A stretch of 64,000 nucleotides of DNA, taken from contig NMRA01000253.1 of NCBI GenBank assembly GCA_002633005.1, forward strand, positions 259,251 to 323,250, in the 5' to 3' direction. Shown one piece after another: positions 61,894 through 64,000 of this stretch. The DNA is from Phoronis australis (lineage: Eukaryota; Animalia; Phoronida). The stretch's first letter is position 1; the number at the start of each line of letters is the position of its first letter. Below the pieces are notes generated by a model. The model was not told the origin of the DNA and ran no database searches. It saw nothing but the letters and a program-made list of their open reading frames with translations. The translations under genes and the position numbers were made by a program.

Positions 61894-64000
61894 TTATACT
61901 CCAGTGTCTCCGAGTTTGCTTTGGTTTGTCGTGACAGAAATGGTAGAAGGTTCGGATTGGTCGTTGTATTTGCCCACGATCCTTATCGCCAAAATGACGC
62001 CTACAGCGTCTGCACAAGCCACAACAGCAGCGGCGCTAACTCCTGGTAGGTATCCCTCAATAGGTACGCCATTTTCATCAGTTTCGTTTTTCTCTCTTTC
62101 CTCGCTTTTCTTGGGGTCTTTTATCAACTTTACATTTGACGACCACCCCATGATGTTTTTAACCACACAGGTGTAATTCCCACCAATAAATTTATCTACC
62201 GGTATACTCGAGAGTCCGACTGTTTTAGATTCTGTAATATTCTGTCGAATAGAACAATTCACATCATTTCCTCCAGCGTCTTGGAGCACCATAACTGGAG
62301 ACGGATCTCCGTAAGATGTGCATTGGATTAGTACCCCAATGTCGTCATACATGACTTCAATTACCGGATAACTTGGCTTGCGACAAGTAAAAATGGGAGA
62401 CACAAACGATTCTATGGTTGGTTGAGTTTTAGTGGGAGAATTACATGTAGGGGTGTCATACTTGTTGTTTGGACCTTTGAGAAGTAGGCTCAACTGATAG
62501 ACCCATGCCTGCAATGGATACATGAAGCAGTTGCAGTGAAGTGGGTTGTTCGACACAAAGAGATTACGTAAGCGTTTTCCTCGGCTGATCAACTTCCGCA
62601 ATATATCGTGTGGCACAACTTTAATACTGTTATTGCGAACAGACAAAGTATTCAATTCCGTCAGGTGTTTCACGGCCCCTTCCTCAATTTCTGTAATGCC
62701 ACAGTTATCCAGTTCAAGGAATTCCAACGATGCAAGGTAACTAAACATATTGCGACTTATTATTCGGAGTCTATTTCCAGAAAGATCAAGTTCCCACAGA
62801 GAAGTCATATTGTCAAAGGCATCTTTATCTATACAGTCAATGTTTGCATACGACATGTTTAAGGTCTGAAGATCGAGCATTCCTGAAAGCATCTTGCTCT
62901 TTACAGAACCAAAATTGTTACCACTTAGGGTCAGATGCAAAACCTTGGTCATTTTGGCAGTGGCAAAATTTTTAATATTATTATCGTCCATATGAATTTC
63001 CATAACGTCTCGTGGCAAGGTGATGGCACTCACACGAATCATTCCATTTCCTTCTAAATGTAACCGTTTAAGTGACGTTAACTTATCAAAAGCACTTTCT
63101 TCAATCGAAATAATCTTGTTGAGTGCAAGATTTAATTTTATCAAAGATTCAAGTCCTTCAAGCGTGTGAGCAGATATGTGTTTTATGAGGTTTTTAGCAA
63201 GATCTAGGAATTTCAGCCGACGACAAAGTTTAAATGGTTGATCATTCAAATCAGATATATTGCTCCCCGATAGATCCAACTCAACAACGTCTCCAAAATT
63301 ACCAATAAATGTGTGCGAAACGGAAAGCTGCCCAAAATCTCCCTGCAGCTCGAATGCTTTAATGTTTGTGAGAAGTGACGCGTTTAACGTAACGTTGATA
63401 TTAGTGACGGATATACGTATTGCGGTAAACTTAAACGGAGAGACTATTTGCATCTCGCCAACTGGATTTCCTCTCATTTCCAACAACATTGGACTTTTGG
63501 GACCATCAAAATCGCAAGAGGTTATTGCTGAAATTTTATTCCCTCTGAGGTGAAGAAATCGCAAACTTGCTAAATCATCAAAAGGTCGATCTCCAAGGGA
63601 ATGTATGTCGTTGAAGCTTAGAATCAAGGTGTCCAATTTAATTAGACCACGAAACATTCCACGCGTCAAAATTGTAATTCGGTTATTTCCCAGAAATAAC
63701 TCTCGAAGATTTCTCATGTGAAAAAACGACTTTTCTTCTATTTTCGCTATCCTGTTCCCTGTTAGGTACAGAGTTTTAATTGATTGCAGACATGAAAACG
63801 TGTTTTTATTAACCAGTGGAAGCCAGTTTCCTGACAGCACAAGCTTTTCAACTAAGGAATAGGAACAAAGTGATCCATTTTCAATTTTTGAAATATTGTT
63901 GAAAGACATGTCAATAGAGATACCGTAATTCGAAAGAACATATGAGTCTTCAACTACCTGTAAAAGATTATGCCGTAAATCTACAAATTGTAACGCAGGT
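61894..64000 (-). CDS. LRR-LRRCT-Ig single-pass membrane protein (LIG-family-like), 5' partial
   Basis: Many LxxLxLxxNxI repeats; LRRCT NPLHCNC..C; Ig-like IQC..G.PSP..GNYTCVVKN..G; TM GVSAAAVVACADAVGVILAIRIV. The frame stays open upstream of the 63909 ATG (PALQFVDLRHNLL..) to the window edge. Confidence 0.92.
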   Translation of the reverse strand, partial: PALQFVDLRHNLLQVVEDSYVLSNYGISIDMSFNNISKIENGSLCSYSLVEKLVLSGNWLPLVNKNTFSCLQSIKTLYLTGNRIAKIEEKSFFHMRNLRELFLGNNRITILTRGMFRGLIKLDTLILSFNDIHSLGDRPFDDLASLRFLHLRGNKISAITSCDFDGPKSPMLLEMRGNPVGEMQIVSPFKFTAIRISVTNINVTLNASLLTNIKAFELQGDFGQLSVSHTFIGNFGDVVELDLSGSNISDLNDQPFKLCRRLKFLDLAKNLIKHISAHTLEGLESLIKLNLALNKIISIEESAFDKLTSLKRLHLEGNGMIRVSAITLPRDVMEIHMDDNNIKNFATAKMTKVLHLTLSGNNFGSVKSKMLSGMLDLQTLNMSYANIDCIDKDAFDNMTSLWELDLSGNRLRIISRNMFSYLASLEFLELDNCGITEIEEGAVKHLTELNTLSVRNNSIKVVPHDILRKLISRGKRLRNLFVSNNPLHCNCFMYPLQAWVYQLSLLLKGPNNKYDTPTCNSPTKTQPTIESFVSPIFTCRKPSYPVIEVMYDDIGVLIQCTSYGDPSPVMVLQDAGGNDVNCSIRQNITESKTVGLSSIPVDKFIGGNYTCVVKNIMGWSSNVKLIKDPKKSEEREKNETDENGVPIEGYLPGVSAAAVVACADAVGVILAIRIVGKYNDQSEPSTISVTTNQSKLGDTGV

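Noticed and set aside
61904-63553. Plus-strand ORFs over the LRR gene
   Set aside because: Antisense shadows of the real minus-strand CDS.

Overview
AT-rich animal genomic DNA (spliceosomal introns, dense transposable elements), most likely a marine invertebrate (inference). Host genes: (1) the last coding exon of a Cys-rich single-pass membrane protein (~1.3 kb); (2) a complete six-exon gene I assembled by hand (15116-35086, ~410 aa) for a secreted protein with signal peptide, PAN/Apple, FN3 and a Caspr/neurexin-IV-type fibrinogen-like domain; (3) a long uninterrupted LRR-LRRCT-Ig-TM receptor ORF running off the right edge. The rest is nested mobile DNA: a Sola3-type element interrupted by a LINE, a Harbinger-like MITE family with CWG target duplications (one copy inside a Copia integrase, one larger relative enclosing a decayed Gypsy), a Copia element with both LTRs, THAP-bearing TTAA (Kolobok-like) elements, hAT/pogo-like MITEs, satellites, and a 1.4-kb tandem duplication joined by a single N that is probably an assembly artefact. 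All calls were made by eye, with no database searches.
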